Positions 54,094 to 63,803 of a stretch of 64,000 nt of DNA are shown piece by piece. Each line of letters begins with the position of its first letter. The first letter of the stretch is position 1. This DNA is from Ilumatobacteraceae bacterium (lineage in GTDB: Bacteria > Actinomycetota > Acidimicrobiia > Acidimicrobiales > Ilumatobacteraceae): NCBI GenBank assembly GCA_044359565.1, contig JBIKLX010000001.1:944-64943 (forward strand), read 5' to 3'. The notes under the pieces are model-generated. The model saw only the letters and a list, made by a program, of their open reading frames with translations. It had not been told where the DNA came from and ran no database searches. The translations under genes were made by a program, and so were the position numbers.

Positions 54094-55281
54094 ATGGCAG
54101 CCGACGACGCAGCCGACCCCGGCCAGGGCGACAACCCGTTCGCCAACCTGCCCATGTTCGGCGATCTGGCCAAAGCGATGGCCGGGCAGGGCCCGCTCAA
54201 CTGGGATGCCGCCCGGCAGTTCGCCGGCATGGCCGCCACCGGTGGCGCGGCCGAGGGCAACGTCGACCCGACGGTGCGCATCGCCTACGAGCACCTGCTG
54301 CCCATCGCCGAGATGCACGTCCGCGACGTCTCCGGCCTCGAGGCACCGGCAGCAACGCTCGAACTCACCACGCCCGGGGTGTGGGCGCAGCGCACGCTCG
54401 AGGCCTACCGCCCGTTGTTCACCGAACTGGCCACCTCGCTCGGACGGCCGCCTGCCGCCACCGGGTTCGGCGACGACAGCGGCACCGACCCCATGATGGC
54501 CATGTTCGCCGGCCTCAGTCAGATGATGGCGCCGGCCATGTTGGGCATGGCCCTCGGGTCGATGGTCGGCCGACTCGGTGCCCGCGCCTTCGGCCAGTAC
54601 GACCTGCCCATCCCGCGGGCCACCTCCACCCTGTTGGTGGTGCCCGCCACCATCGACGCCTTCGCCGGCGACTGGAGCCTGCCGGTCGACTCGATGCGCC
54701 TGTGGGTGCTGGCCCAGGAACTCACCGGCCACGCCGTGTTCGCGCAGGCGATCGCCCGCGACACCATCACGTCGTTGGTGCAGCAGCACGTCGCCGCGTT
54801 CCGCCCCGACCCGGCCGCCGTTGCCGACAAGCTCGGGCAGCTCGACCTCGACGGAGGCGACCCGATGCAGGCGATGCAGAGGGCCCTCAGCGACCCTGAG
54901 GTGCTACTCGGTGCGGTGCGCTCTCCCGAGCAGATCGCGTTGGCACCGGTACTCGATGCGGCCACTGCAGCGGTGGTGGGCTTCGTCGACTACACGGTCG
55001 ACAGTGTTGCGGCCCGCATCATCGGCGGCGACGCCCTGCGTATCGCCGAGGCCGTGCGCCGACGCCGGGTCGAGGCAGGCGCCGACGACGTGTTCATCGA
55101 GCGGCTCCTCGGCCTGCAGGTCACCCCGGCGCTCGTACAGCGCGGCAAGGCCTTCGTGGCGGGGGTGGTCGACCGCGCCGGTGAGGCCGGGCTCGCGCCG
55201 CTGTTCACCTGCGCCGGTGCGTTGCCCACGCCCGCCGAACTCGATGCGCCGGGCCTGTGGCTGGCCCGTATCGAACTCTGA
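54094..55281 (+). CDS. DUF2342-family protein (annotated in databases as a zinc-dependent metalloprotease or F420-biosynthesis-associated protein)
   Basis: The N-terminus NPFANLPMFGDLAKAMAGQGPLNWDAARQFA and the overall length of about 395 aa match my memory of this actinobacterial family. Confidence 0.65.
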   Translation: MAADDAADPGQGDNPFANLPMFGDLAKAMAGQGPLNWDAARQFAGMAATGGAAEGNVDPTVRIAYEHLLPIAEMHVRDVSGLEAPAATLELTTPGVWAQRTLEAYRPLFTELATSLGRPPAATGFGDDSGTDPMMAMFAGLSQMMAPAMLGMALGSMVGRLGARAFGQYDLPIPRATSTLLVVPATIDAFAGDWSLPVDSMRLWVLAQELTGHAVFAQAIARDTITSLVQQHVAAFRPDPAAVADKLGQLDLDGGDPMQAMQRALSDPEVLLGAVRSPEQIALAPVLDAATAAVVGFVDYTVDSVAARIIGGDALRIAEAVRRRRVEAGADDVFIERLLGLQVTPALVQRGKAFVAGVVDRAGEAGLAPLFTCAGALPTPAELDAPGLWLARIEL

Positions 55282-55291
55282 GCCCGCCTCG

Positions 55292-56059
55292 ATGACACCG
55301 CTCGAACGCGAGTACTCGCCGTCGACCCGGGTGGCGAGCCTGGCTGACGAAATCGAGCGCTACCGCGCCGACAGCACCCGCGCCGCAGCGCTCGGGCACG
55401 AGGTACTCAACTACGGGCCGCACCCCGACGAGTTCGCCGTCGTCGTGAACCCTCGCCTGATGGGCCATCTCCACGTCTTCATCCACGGTGGCTACTGGCA
55501 GGAACTGTCGGCATGGGACTCGCTCGGTCCGGCGCTGGGGTTCGCCGACCAGCCGAACACGTCGTTCGCGGCCGTGAACTACTCGTTGGCTCCGGCGGTC
55601 GACCTACCCACGATCATCACCCAGTGCCGTACCGCCCTCCACATGCTGCAGGGGCACTTCGTGCCCACCAGCGTCACGCTGTCGGGCAGCTCGGCCGGCG
55701 CACACCTCGCCGCTCACGCGGCCATCGCCGCACGGCTGCCGCTCGACCTGGTCGTGCTGCTCAGCGGCGTGTACGACCTCACCCCGCTGGTCGACACCTA
55801 CGTGAACGACGCGTTGGGGCTCAGCCTCGTCACTGCGCGCGAGTACTCGGTGCCGTTCGACGTGCTGCCCGGCGCCCCGGTGGTGGTAGCGCATGGCGAC
55901 AACGAGACCGCGGCGTTCATCGCACAGAGTGCAGCGCTGGCGGAGGCATGGGACGCCGAGTTGATCGAGATGCCCGACCGGAACCACTTCGACGTCGTCT
56001 TCGACCTCGCGCTGCTCGACTCCCCGACGCGTAGAGCAGCAGCGCGGCCAACGCTGTGA
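55292..56059 (+). CDS. Alpha/beta hydrolase (arylformamidase / esterase-lipase type)
   Basis: The oxyanion-region motif is IHGGYW and the nucleophile elbow is GSSAGAH. I trimmed the start to the ATG at 55292. Confidence 0.75.
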   Translation: MTPLEREYSPSTRVASLADEIERYRADSTRAAALGHEVLNYGPHPDEFAVVVNPRLMGHLHVFIHGGYWQELSAWDSLGPALGFADQPNTSFAAVNYSLAPAVDLPTIITQCRTALHMLQGHFVPTSVTLSGSSAGAHLAAHAAIAARLPLDLVVLLSGVYDLTPLVDTYVNDALGLSLVTAREYSVPFDVLPGAPVVVAHGDNETAAFIAQSAALAEAWDAELIEMPDRNHFDVVFDLALLDSPTRRAAARPTL

Positions 56060-57173
56060 CCGCCACGAATGCGAAGCCGTACCGGCCGGGCATCGTGAAC
56101 AGCACCGGCACCACGCCGGCCGCCACCCACGCCAACTGGAAGCGCGTCTCGAACTGAGCGAATGCGCGCCCGCGGTTGGCGTCGGGGGCGTCGCGTTGCA
56201 CGATGGCCTCGAACGCCAGCCGTCCCGTTGCGGCCGCGAAGTTCACCGCGCCGGCCAGCGCGATGGCCGCGAGCAAACCGCCGAACAGCGCTGCCAGCAG
56301 GCCCACTGCGGCGACGAGCACCAGTGATGCAACGAGCATGGTCTCCTCGCGCAGTCGTCGCCGGATGGTCGGCCCGAGCGCGTTGGCGGCCATCGTCATC
56401 AGGCTCGCCACGGCCACCGACACCCCGAACCACACCAGGCCAGCATCCTGGCGGCGGAACCAGAAGAACAGGTGGAAGAAGGTGAAGCCCACGGCGGCCC
56501 GCACGAACAGCATCGCCGCAGCGGCGAGCACCACGCTGTCGGCGTGCAACTCCTCGTGCTCCAGCCGGTCGGCCGGCTGCACGGCCACGGCCTCACTGGG
56601 CAGTCGCAGCGCCGCAACCAGCGCCAGCACGAACAGCACCGCCGAGTACGTGAGCGTCGCACCGGGGCCGATCGCCTTCTGCAGCAACACCGCCGGCAGC
56701 ACCGCAACCGCACCCACGAGACCGGAGATGAGGCCGAGCTTCGAGTTGGCCTCCACCAGTTCGGTATCGCTCGTCACCACGCTGGGCACGAGCGCACTCT
56801 TGGAGATGGCGTAGGTCTTCTGCAGCACCATCGCCGCGAACGCGAGGGGGAACAGCAGCAGGCTGTCGACCCGACTGGCCATCGCCAACGCCAGCACCAC
56901 ACGGCCGAGCGCCACCAGTGCCACCACCAGCCGGCGGCCACCCTTCATCCGGTCGATCGCTGGGCCGATGAGCGGCGCGACGAACAGGAACGGCACCATG
57001 CTGATGCCCAGGAACAGCAGCACCCGGCTGCGGGCTGCGTCGGGGTCGAGGCTGAACAGCACCGAGTCGGCGAGCGCCACCACCATGGCCGCATCGCCCG
57101 CCGCCATCGCCGCATGGGTCGCGGCCAGCCGGCGGAATCGGGAAGGAACCGTCGGCGCGCGCACGGTCGTCAT
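55917..57173 (-). CDS. MFS transporter
   Basis: I trimmed the start to the ATG at 57173 (MTTVRAPT). About 10-12 hydrophobic segments are present, with an IDRMKGGRR loop. The Arg-rich tail overlaps the convergent hydrolase gene by 143 nt. Confidence 0.78.
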   Translation of the reverse strand: MTTVRAPTVPSRFRRLAATHAAMAAGDAAMVVALADSVLFSLDPDAARSRVLLFLGISMVPFLFVAPLIGPAIDRMKGGRRLVVALVALGRVVLALAMASRVDSLLLFPLAFAAMVLQKTYAISKSALVPSVVTSDTELVEANSKLGLISGLVGAVAVLPAVLLQKAIGPGATLTYSAVLFVLALVAALRLPSEAVAVQPADRLEHEELHADSVVLAAAAMLFVRAAVGFTFFHLFFWFRRQDAGLVWFGVSVAVASLMTMAANALGPTIRRRLREETMLVASLVLVAAVGLLAALFGGLLAAIALAGAVNFAAATGRLAFEAIVQRDAPDANRGRAFAQFETRFQLAWVAAGVVPVLFTMPGRYGFAFVAVTALAALLLYASGSRAARGRRRRRSGSGRASRSTRRPMPPPALHSVR

Positions 57174-57205
57174 CGTAGGGTCGCCCCGACGGGCACCCGG
57201 TTCGA

Positions 57206-57913
57206 TCAGCTGTTCTTCGACCGTTCGTACTTGTAGCCGAGGCCGCGGATGGTGACGATGCGCTCGGGGCTGGCCGGATCGGCCTCGAGCTTGCTGCGCA
57301 GCCGCTTCACGTGCACATCGAGGGTCTTGGTGTCGCCGACATAGTCGGTGCCCCACACCCGGTCGATCAGCGTCTCGCGCGGTAGCACCCGGCCGGCGTT
57401 GGCAAGCAGGATGTGGAGCAGCTCGAACTCCTTCAGCGGCAGCCGCATCGGCTCGCCCCGCACGGTGACCAGGTGTTCGTCGGGGTCGATGGTGACGTCG
57501 CCCACGACGATGGCACCCGGTCCCACGTCGGGTCCAGCGCCCTCACGGGCATTGCGGCGCAGCACGGCGCGCATGCGGGCCACCAGTTCACGGATGCGGT
57601 ACGGCTTGGTGACGTAGTCGTCGGCGCCCACCTCGAGGCCCACCACGGTGTCGATCTCGGCGCTCTTCGCCGTGACCATGATGATGGGCACCTGCGACCG
57701 CTTGCGCAGTTGCCGGCAGACGTCGATGCCGCTGATGCGAGGAAGCATCACGTCGAGGATGACGATATCGGGCCGCACGACGTCGAACCGGTCGAGCGCC
57801 TCGAACCCGTCGCGCGCCACCTCCACCCGGAAGCCTTCGCGCTTCAGGCCCACCTGGAGCGCCTCGACGTAGCTCTCCTCGTCTTCGACGAGTAGGACGA
57901 CGGGAATGGTCAC
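57206..57913 (-). CDS. OmpR/PhoB-family response regulator (PhoP/RegX3-like)
   Basis: The receiver domain shows LLVEDEES, ILDVMLP and TAKS. The winged-helix output domain reads VHVKRLRSKLE...TIRGLGYK. The GTG forms a GTGA overlap with the kinase stop. Confidence 0.95.
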   Translation of the reverse strand: MTIPVVLLVEDEESYVEALQVGLKREGFRVEVARDGFEALDRFDVVRPDIVILDVMLPRISGIDVCRQLRKRSQVPIIMVTAKSAEIDTVVGLEVGADDYVTKPYRIRELVARMRAVLRRNAREGAGPDVGPGAIVVGDVTIDPDEHLVTVRGEPMRLPLKEFELLHILLANAGRVLPRETLIDRVWGTDYVGDTKTLDVHVKRLRSKLEADPASPERIVTIRGLGYKYERSKNS

Positions 57914-58983
57914 GGTGCCTCCGGGATGCTGAGTATGAATGTGCTGCCTTCGCCCTCGACGGACTGAACAGTGACTTCACCCTCGTGGTTGTTGGCGACG
58001 TGGCGGACGATGGCGAGGCCGAGGCCGGTGCCACCGGTGTCGCGGCTGCGGGCGCGGTCGACGCGGTAGAAGCGTTCGAACACCCGGTCGAGGTCGCGTG
58101 TCGGGATGCCGACACCGAAGTCGGTCACCACCAGGCCGACGAATCCGTTGGCGCGGCGGGTGCTGATGCGCACCTCGGTGCTGCTCTCGCTGTACTTCAC
58201 CGCGTTGTCGATGAGGTTGCTGACGGCCGACACCAGTTGGCGACGGTCGCCCAGCACAGCCGAGGGATCGGTCGGTTCCTCGAGGTCGAGCCGGATGTCG
58301 CGCTGCTCGGCGGCGGCGAGCGATCGCACCACGGCGTCGCGTAGCACACCGGCCACGCTCACCCGGTCGCGCACGGCACGGCCGTCGAGTTCGATGCGCG
58401 ACAGTTCGAGCAGGTCGTCGATCGACGTCGCTGCCCGGTGGGCTTCGTCGACCATCTTGTTCGCCAGGCGACGCACCACCTCGAGGTCGTCCTCGTCGAC
58501 GATGGTCTCGGCCAGCAGGGCGATCGCTCCGACCGGCGTCTTCAATTCATGACTGATGTTCGCGACGAAGTCGGTACGCACGGCGTCGAGCCGGGCCCGC
58601 TCGCTGATGTCTTCCACCGTCACCAACACCCCGCCGTCGGCCAGCAGCGCGGCCTGCACCTGGACCACGCGCTTCGGCGGACCGAACAACTGCACATCGA
58701 CACGGCCCGGCCGGCCCTCGCGGGCCTGTTCGAGTTGACGGTCGACGGCCTCGGCCACCAGCACCCCGGCATGGCCTGCGCCCAGCAGCGTGCCCGCCAC
58801 GGCGTTGCGGTTCACGATGTTGCCGTCGGGGTCGACCAGCACCACGCCGACGGCCAGGCCATCGAGGGCTGCCTGAGCACGTGCCGACTCGATCCGCAGC
58901 CGTTCGATCTCGGCCCGCGCGTCGGCCAGGTCGGCGGCCGTGGTGTCGTCGGTCGTCTCTCGGCGGCGCTGGAGCAGACCCAT
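57910..58983 (-). CDS. PAS-HisKA-HATPase sensor histidine kinase (PhoR/SenX3-like) with no recognisable N-terminal TM segment
   Basis: The H-box is FVANISHELKTP. The N/G boxes are NLIDNAVKY, DFGVGIP and GGTGLGLAIV. The N-terminal 60 aa are charged or coiled (TTAADLADARAEIERLRIESARAQ). Confidence 0.92.
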   Translation of the reverse strand: MGLLQRRRETTDDTTAADLADARAEIERLRIESARAQAALDGLAVGVVLVDPDGNIVNRNAVAGTLLGAGHAGVLVAEAVDRQLEQAREGRPGRVDVQLFGPPKRVVQVQAALLADGGVLVTVEDISERARLDAVRTDFVANISHELKTPVGAIALLAETIVDEDDLEVVRRLANKMVDEAHRAATSIDDLLELSRIELDGRAVRDRVSVAGVLRDAVVRSLAAAEQRDIRLDLEEPTDPSAVLGDRRQLVSAVSNLIDNAVKYSESSTEVRISTRRANGFVGLVVTDFGVGIPTRDLDRVFERFYRVDRARSRDTGGTGLGLAIVRHVANNHEGEVTVQSVEGEGSTFILSIPEAP

Positions 58984-58994
58984 GGCGCTACTGC

Positions 58995-59651
58995 TCAGAC
59001 CAGGTTCTCACCGGTGATGATGAACTGCACGCGCTCGCCGATGTTCACGGCGTGGTCGCCGATGCGCTCGTAGAACCGGGCCACCACGGCCAGTTGCACC
59101 GCCACCTGCAGGTCGATGCGCCCACCGGCATGGCTCTCGAAGATGGCCTGCACGAACTGCTTCTGCAGGCCGTCGAGGAACGAGTCCATATCGTCGAGTG
59201 CCGCCGCCTTGGCGGCATCGTTCTCGACGAACGAGGCGATAGCGGCCTCGTACAACTGCTCGGCCTGCTCGCCCATGCGGCTGATGATGCCGCGCAGCTT
59301 CGGGTCGAGATCGTGCCCGTAGATGCGCCGGGCTGCCTTGCAGATGTTGCACAGCAGATCGGCGCTGCGCTCGACTTCGGCGGCCATCCGGAGCAGCGCG
59401 ACGACCTGGCGGAGATCGGCCGCAACGGGTGCCTGCAGGGCGAGGATCCGGTAGCAGTGCTCCTCGAGTTCGAGCGTTCGGTTGTTGATCGCTTCGTCGG
59501 CACGGATGAGGTAGTCGGCCCCCTCGAGGTCGCCGTCGAGCAGTACGGCCGTGGCCCGGGGGATGGTCTCGGTCACCTGAGCCGCAAGGCGCACCAGTTC
59601 GTTCTTCGCCTCGGCGAGGTCGGTGTGGAACCCGCGTCGCAACTCGTCCAT
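58995..59651 (-). CDS. phoU: Phosphate signalling complex protein PhoU
   Basis: Two PhoU repeats are present, with ERSADLLCNI and ERIGDHAVNI motifs. The ATG overlaps the pstB stop (TGATG). Confidence 0.93.
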   Translation of the reverse strand: MDELRRGFHTDLAEAKNELVRLAAQVTETIPRATAVLLDGDLEGADYLIRADEAINNRTLELEEHCYRILALQAPVAADLRQVVALLRMAAEVERSADLLCNICKAARRIYGHDLDPKLRGIISRMGEQAEQLYEAAIASFVENDAAKAAALDDMDSFLDGLQKQFVQAIFESHAGGRIDLQVAVQLAVVARFYERIGDHAVNIGERVQFIITGENLV

Positions 59652-60466
59652 CAGCCGAACCTGCCGGTGACGTACTGCTCGGTACGCTGATCGCTCGGGG
59701 TGGAGAACATCTTCGTGGTGCGGTCGAACTCGACCAGCACCCCGGTGCGGCGGTCGCTCTCGGTGTTAACCTCGGTGGTGAAGAACGCCGTGCGATCACT
59801 CACTCGTGCTGCCTGCTGCATGTTGTGGGTGACGATGAGGATGGTGTAGCGCTGCTTCATGTCCTGCATCAGGTCTTCGATGCGGGCGGTGGCGATGGGG
59901 TCGAGCGCAGAGCACGGCTCGTCCATCAAGATCACGTCGGGCTCGACAGCGATGGCCCGGGCGATGCACAGACGCTGCTGCTGACCCCCCGACAGGCTGA
60001 GGCCCGATGCCTTCAGGCGGTCCTTCACCTCGTCCCACAGGGCGGCACCGCGTAGCGACCGTTCGACGACGTCGTCGAGTTCGGCCTTCTTCTTCATGCC
60101 CTCGAGCCGCGGCCCGTAGGCGACGTTTTCGTAGATGCTCTTCGGGAACGGATTCGGCTTCTGGAACACCATGCCGATACGCCGACGCACCTCGGTCGAG
60201 TTCACCTGCGGGTCGTAGAGGTTCACCCCGTGGTACTTGACAGATCCCTCCACGCGAGCGGTCTCGATGAAGTCGTTCATGCGGTTGAAGCAACGCAGCA
60301 CCGTGGTCTTGCCACACCCCGACGGACCGATGAATGCGGTGATCTCGTGCGGCCGGATGGTGAGGGTGACGTTGCGCACAGCGCGGAACGCCCCGTAGTA
60401 GACGCTCAGGTCGCTGACATCGAACACCAGCGACTCGTGCGGATCCGGCGTCAGCTCAGTGGTCAT
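59651..60466 (-). CDS. pstB: Phosphate ABC transporter ATPase PstB
   Basis: Motifs [18 protein letters not shown] and [11 protein letters not shown] are present. I chose the start at 60466 (MTTELTP) by comparing N-terminal length with E. coli PstB. In-frame ATGs at 60508 and 60532 are alternatives; 60532 forms an ATGA overlap with the pstA stop. Confidence 0.92.
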   Translation of the reverse strand: MTTELTPDPHESLVFDVSDLSVYYGAFRAVRNVTLTIRPHEITAFIGPSGCGKTTVLRCFNRMNDFIETARVEGSVKYHGVNLYDPQVNSTEVRRRIGMVFQKPNPFPKSIYENVAYGPRLEGMKKKAELDDVVERSLRGAALWDEVKDRLKASGLSLSGGQQQRLCIARAIAVEPDVILMDEPCSALDPIATARIEDLMQDMKQRYTILIVTHNMQQAARVSDRTAFFTTEVNTESDRRTGVLVEFDRTTKMFSTPSDQRTEQYVTGRFG

Positions 60467-60528
60467 GGCCTCGCTACTCCTCGTCGTCACGACAATACCA
60501 GTGGTCATGGTTGGCTCCTCGGGGTTGG

Positions 60529-61476
60529 TCATGTGCCGGACCGGACCTTTTCGAAGCGGTTCCGGAGCAGGATTGCAGCAAGGTTGAACAAGAAGACGAT
60601 GATCAACAGCACCAGACCCGCGGCCGCGGCCGCACTCGACCAGCCGTACTCGGCCCCCGGCGTGTCGGGACGTCCCGACCAGTTGTAGATCAGCATCGGG
60701 ATTGCGGTGAACTTGCCCGTCAGGCTCGCCTGCGGCAGCAGCCCGGTGATGGCCCCGATCATGATGAGTGGTGCTGCCTCGCCGAGCGCGCGGGCCAGCG
60801 AGAGCATCGTGCCGGTGAGAATGCCCGGCGCTGCATAGGGCAACACGTGATCGCGAGTGACCTCCCACTTCGAGGCACCGACACCGTATCCGGCATCGCG
60901 AAGCCCCTGCGGCACGGCCCGGATCGCCTCCATCGAGGTGATGATCACGATCGGCAGCACCAGTGTGGCGAGCGTCAGCCCGGCGGCGATCACGCTCTCG
61001 CCGCCCGTGACCGGGCGCAGCCAGCCGACGAAGATGATCAGACCGAGCACGCCGTAGATCACGGCAGGCACACCGGCAAGGTTGCGAACATTCACCATCA
61101 AGAACCGGGTCAGGCGGTTCTGATGGGCGTACTCCTCGAGGTAGATCGCTGCGGCGACGCCGAGTGGGATGGCGAGCACGAGCACGCCGAGACCGATGAA
61201 CACCGAGCCAAAGATGCCTGGCCCGATGCCGACCTTGGTGGGGTTCGAGCCGATCGTGTCGGTGAGGAACGCGGTGCCGCGGTCGCTGAGCACAGGCATC
61301 GCGCTGGTGAGGACCTGGCCGACGAGCGTGAACAGGATCAGCAGCGTGACGGAGACCGTGATGAGCAGCAGCGTCGCCAGCAGGAAGCCGGTGATGTCGC
61401 GATCGCGGCGGGTGAGCGAGGCTCGAACCGCGTCGGCACCGTGGGCGCCGGCGGCTCCGGGGGTCATGAGTGCCAC
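60529..61476 (-). CDS. pstA: Phosphate ABC transporter permease PstA
   Basis: A polytopic protein with an EAA-loop-like [24 protein letters not shown]. The GTG at 61476 lies 6 nt after AGGAGCG. Confidence 0.9.
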   Translation of the reverse strand: MALMTPGAAGAHGADAVRASLTRRDRDITGFLLATLLLITVSVTLLILFTLVGQVLTSAMPVLSDRGTAFLTDTIGSNPTKVGIGPGIFGSVFIGLGVLVLAIPLGVAAAIYLEEYAHQNRLTRFLMVNVRNLAGVPAVIYGVLGLIIFVGWLRPVTGGESVIAAGLTLATLVLPIVIITSMEAIRAVPQGLRDAGYGVGASKWEVTRDHVLPYAAPGILTGTMLSLARALGEAAPLIMIGAITGLLPQASLTGKFTAIPMLIYNWSGRPDTPGAEYGWSSAAAAAGLVLLIIVFLFNLAAILLRNRFEKVRSGT

Positions 61477-61486
61477 GAGTTCGCTC

Positions 61487-62452
61487 CTAGTACTTCTGAC
61501 GAACTCGGTGTACGAACCGGTCGCCGATGAGGTTGAGCAGGACAGTGATGAGGAAGAGCAGGAAGCCGACGAAGAAGAGCACTTCGAACGCCGCCCCGCT
61601 CTTCACCTGGTCGGTGCCACCAGCCGCGTTGGTCATTGCGGCCGTCATCGTCAGGCCGGGGTTCAGCGGCGACAGGCCGTTGTACGGGCCGCTGCCGTCG
61701 TAGCCACCGGCCATCGTGGCCACCATCGTCTCGCCGATCGCTCGCGATGTGGCGATGACGAACGCTGCCACCAAGCCCGACACTGCGGCTGGCACCACGA
61801 CGCGCAGCGTCGTGCTCACCTTGCGGGCACCGATGCCGTAACTGGCCTCTCGCAGCGACGGCGGTACTGCACGTAGCGCGTCTTCACTGACCGATGCCAT
61901 GATCGGGATCACCAGGATCCCGATGCCGAGACCTGCGACCATCATGTTCCGAGGCTGCTCGGGGTCGAACAGTCGGCTGACGACGTCGGGCGCAATGAAC
62001 TTCAGCGCGAAGTAGCCGACGACCACCGACGGGATGCCTGCGAGCACCTCGATCACGGGCTTCACGATCCGCCGCACCCGTGTCGGTGCATATTCGGACA
62101 GGTAGATCGCTGCTCCGAGTCCGAACGGCACGGCGACGAGCATCGCCACCGAGCCGATGACGATGCTGCCGACCACGATGGTGCGCAGGTCGAAGCGTTC
62201 TCGACGCGGGAACCACCCGGTGTCGGTGAGCATTCCCAGGTCCCAGTCGATCGCACGCATGAAGTTGAAGGCCCCACGCACCAGCACGAACAGGATCAAC
62301 ACGCTCACGAGGATCGAGAACAACGCAGCTGACTGCATCAACCGTCGCATCAACTGTTCGCGGCGACGACGCTTCGGGTCGCCCCCGAGGTCGGCGACGG
62401 TGAGTCCGACACCACTGCCGTGCACCTGGTTCGCCGGGATGCTGCTTGCCAC
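61487..62452 (-). CDS. pstC: Phosphate ABC transporter permease PstC
   Basis: A polytopic protein with the EAA-loop SEDALRAVPPSLREASYGIGARK. The start is a GTG. Confidence 0.9.
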   Translation of the reverse strand: MASSIPANQVHGSGVGLTVADLGGDPKRRRREQLMRRLMQSAALFSILVSVLILFVLVRGAFNFMRAIDWDLGMLTDTGWFPRRERFDLRTIVVGSIVIGSVAMLVAVPFGLGAAIYLSEYAPTRVRRIVKPVIEVLAGIPSVVVGYFALKFIAPDVVSRLFDPEQPRNMMVAGLGIGILVIPIMASVSEDALRAVPPSLREASYGIGARKVSTTLRVVVPAAVSGLVAAFVIATSRAIGETMVATMAGGYDGSGPYNGLSPLNPGLTMTAAMTNAAGGTDQVKSGAAFEVLFFVGFLLFLITVLLNLIGDRFVHRVRQKY

Positions 62453-62489
62453 CTGGAGGTCCTTCGATAGGAGGAATGGGAAACGCCTC

Positions 62490-62526
62490 CGGGGCCGGCC
62501 GACTGGGGGGAAGTCGGCCGGCCCCG
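62490..62526 (-). terminator. Strong intercistronic stem-loop (15-bp GC stem, 7-nt loop) between pstS and pstC. It is probably a partial terminator or an mRNA-stabilising element.
   Basis: Read directly from the sequence: CGGGGCCGGCCGACT-gggggga-AGTCGGCCGGCCCCG. Confidence 0.6.
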
Positions 62527-62544
62527 AGGGCTAGGAGGGTTGAC

Positions 62545-63651
62545 TCAGCGAGCGGCCCAGGCGTCGACAGAGGCCTGGATGCGCTCTGCCGGCAGGTCGA
62601 CGTAGCCAGCGGCGGCCACCTGGGCGAGCCCGGCCTCCGACAGGTACAGGTCGACGAACGACGCAACGGCCGGGTTCTCAGCAGCAGCGTTCTTGCTCAC
62701 GTAGATGTAGAGGCTGCGCGAGAACGGGTAGCTGCCGTCGGCGATCGCCTCGACGGTGGGAGCGACACAGCCGTCGCCGGCGTCGATGGCAATGCCCTTC
62801 ATCCGCTCGGCCTCGGCCTGGTAGTAGGCGAAGCCCACCCAGCCAAGGCTGGTGTCGCTGCCCTCGATGCCCTCGACGATCAGGTTGTCGTTGGGGCTCG
62901 ACGAGTAGTCGGCGCGCGTGGCCTCGTCGGCGCCGCGCTCCTCGGCGAAGTCGGCGATCGCGAACTCGACGAAGGTGTCGTAGGTGCCGCTCTCCTCACC
63001 GGGGCCGAACACGCTCAGCGGCGCATCGGGAAGGGGCCCCACGGTCGAGCCCAGCTCGGTGGCGAGGGTGTTGGCGTCGGCCCAGCTGGCGAAACCTTCG
63101 CTCTCGGGTCCGATCAGGGCGTAGAGCGCCGGGATGTCGAGGCACTCGACGGCAGTGTTCGCCGGGCTGGTGGCGACGGTCAGACCATCGATCGCCACCT
63201 CGATCTCGACGTACTCGATGCCGGCCTCTGCGCACAGTGCGGCCTCTTCGTCCTTGATCTTGCGCGAGGCGTCGCTGATGTCGGCCTCACCGGCGCAGAA
63301 CTTCTTGAAGCCGTCGCCGGTGCCAGGACCCTCGACGGTGACCTTCAGTTCGCCGCCGGACTGCTCGAGGGCGAGTTCGCCGACCTTGATCGAGATGGGC
63401 TCAACGGTCGACGAACCCGTCACGAATACCTCACCGGCAGCGAGGTCGCCCTCGCCACCCATGGTGGTCTCGGGCGCCATCGAGGTCTCAGGGGCCATGG
63501 TGGTCTCGGCCGCAGCCGTGGTCTCCGGGGCAACGGTCGTCTCTGCCGCAGCCGTGGTCTCGGCCGACTCCTTGTCGTCGCCGCATGCGGCGCCGAGCAG
63601 ACCGAGAGTGATGACGCCGGCCAGTGCCAGACGCCGCTTCGAGGTGTTCAC
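62545..63651 (-). CDS. pstS: Phosphate-binding lipoprotein PstS
   Basis: I trimmed the start to the GTG at 63651, which is preceded by GAAGGAGA. The lipobox is LLGAACG, followed by an AETT/APETT repeat linker. Motifs VTGSSTVEP and [21 protein letters not shown] are present. Confidence 0.9.
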   Translation of the reverse strand: MNTSKRRLALAGVITLGLLGAACGDDKESAETTAAAETTVAPETTAAAETTMAPETSMAPETTMGGEGDLAAGEVFVTGSSTVEPISIKVGELALEQSGGELKVTVEGPGTGDGFKKFCAGEADISDASRKIKDEEAALCAEAGIEYVEIEVAIDGLTVATSPANTAVECLDIPALYALIGPESEGFASWADANTLATELGSTVGPLPDAPLSVFGPGEESGTYDTFVEFAIADFAEERGADEATRADYSSSPNDNLIVEGIEGSDTSLGWVGFAYYQAEAERMKGIAIDAGDGCVAPTVEAIADGSYPFSRSLYIYVSKNAAAENPAVASFVDLYLSEAGLAQVAAAGYVDLPAERIQASVDAWAAR

Positions 63652-63733
63652 GCTGATGTCTCCTTCAGATGGGTTGAGGTAGGGGGAACAACCGTCCGGC
63701 ATCGTAAGCAGACCAGGTGTCGTTCATCCCCCG

Positions 63734-63777
63734 TTCAGATGAACGACGGGTGAACGGACGTCGAAGTGACCGTGAAG
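63734..63777 (-). promoter_or_regulatory. Candidate PHO box: four 11-nt phased direct-repeat units upstream of pstS
   Basis: The minus strand reads CTTCACGGTCA|CTTCGACGTCC|GTTCACCCGTC|GTTCATCTGAA, ending 83 nt upstream of the pstS GTG. The two proximal units match the actinobacterial PhoP direct-repeat core GTTCAYY. The region also forms a palindrome (gtcgttcat...atgaacgac). Confidence 0.5.
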
Positions 63778-63803
63778 TCGGGCCGGGCGACCGTGGCGCG
63801 GGC

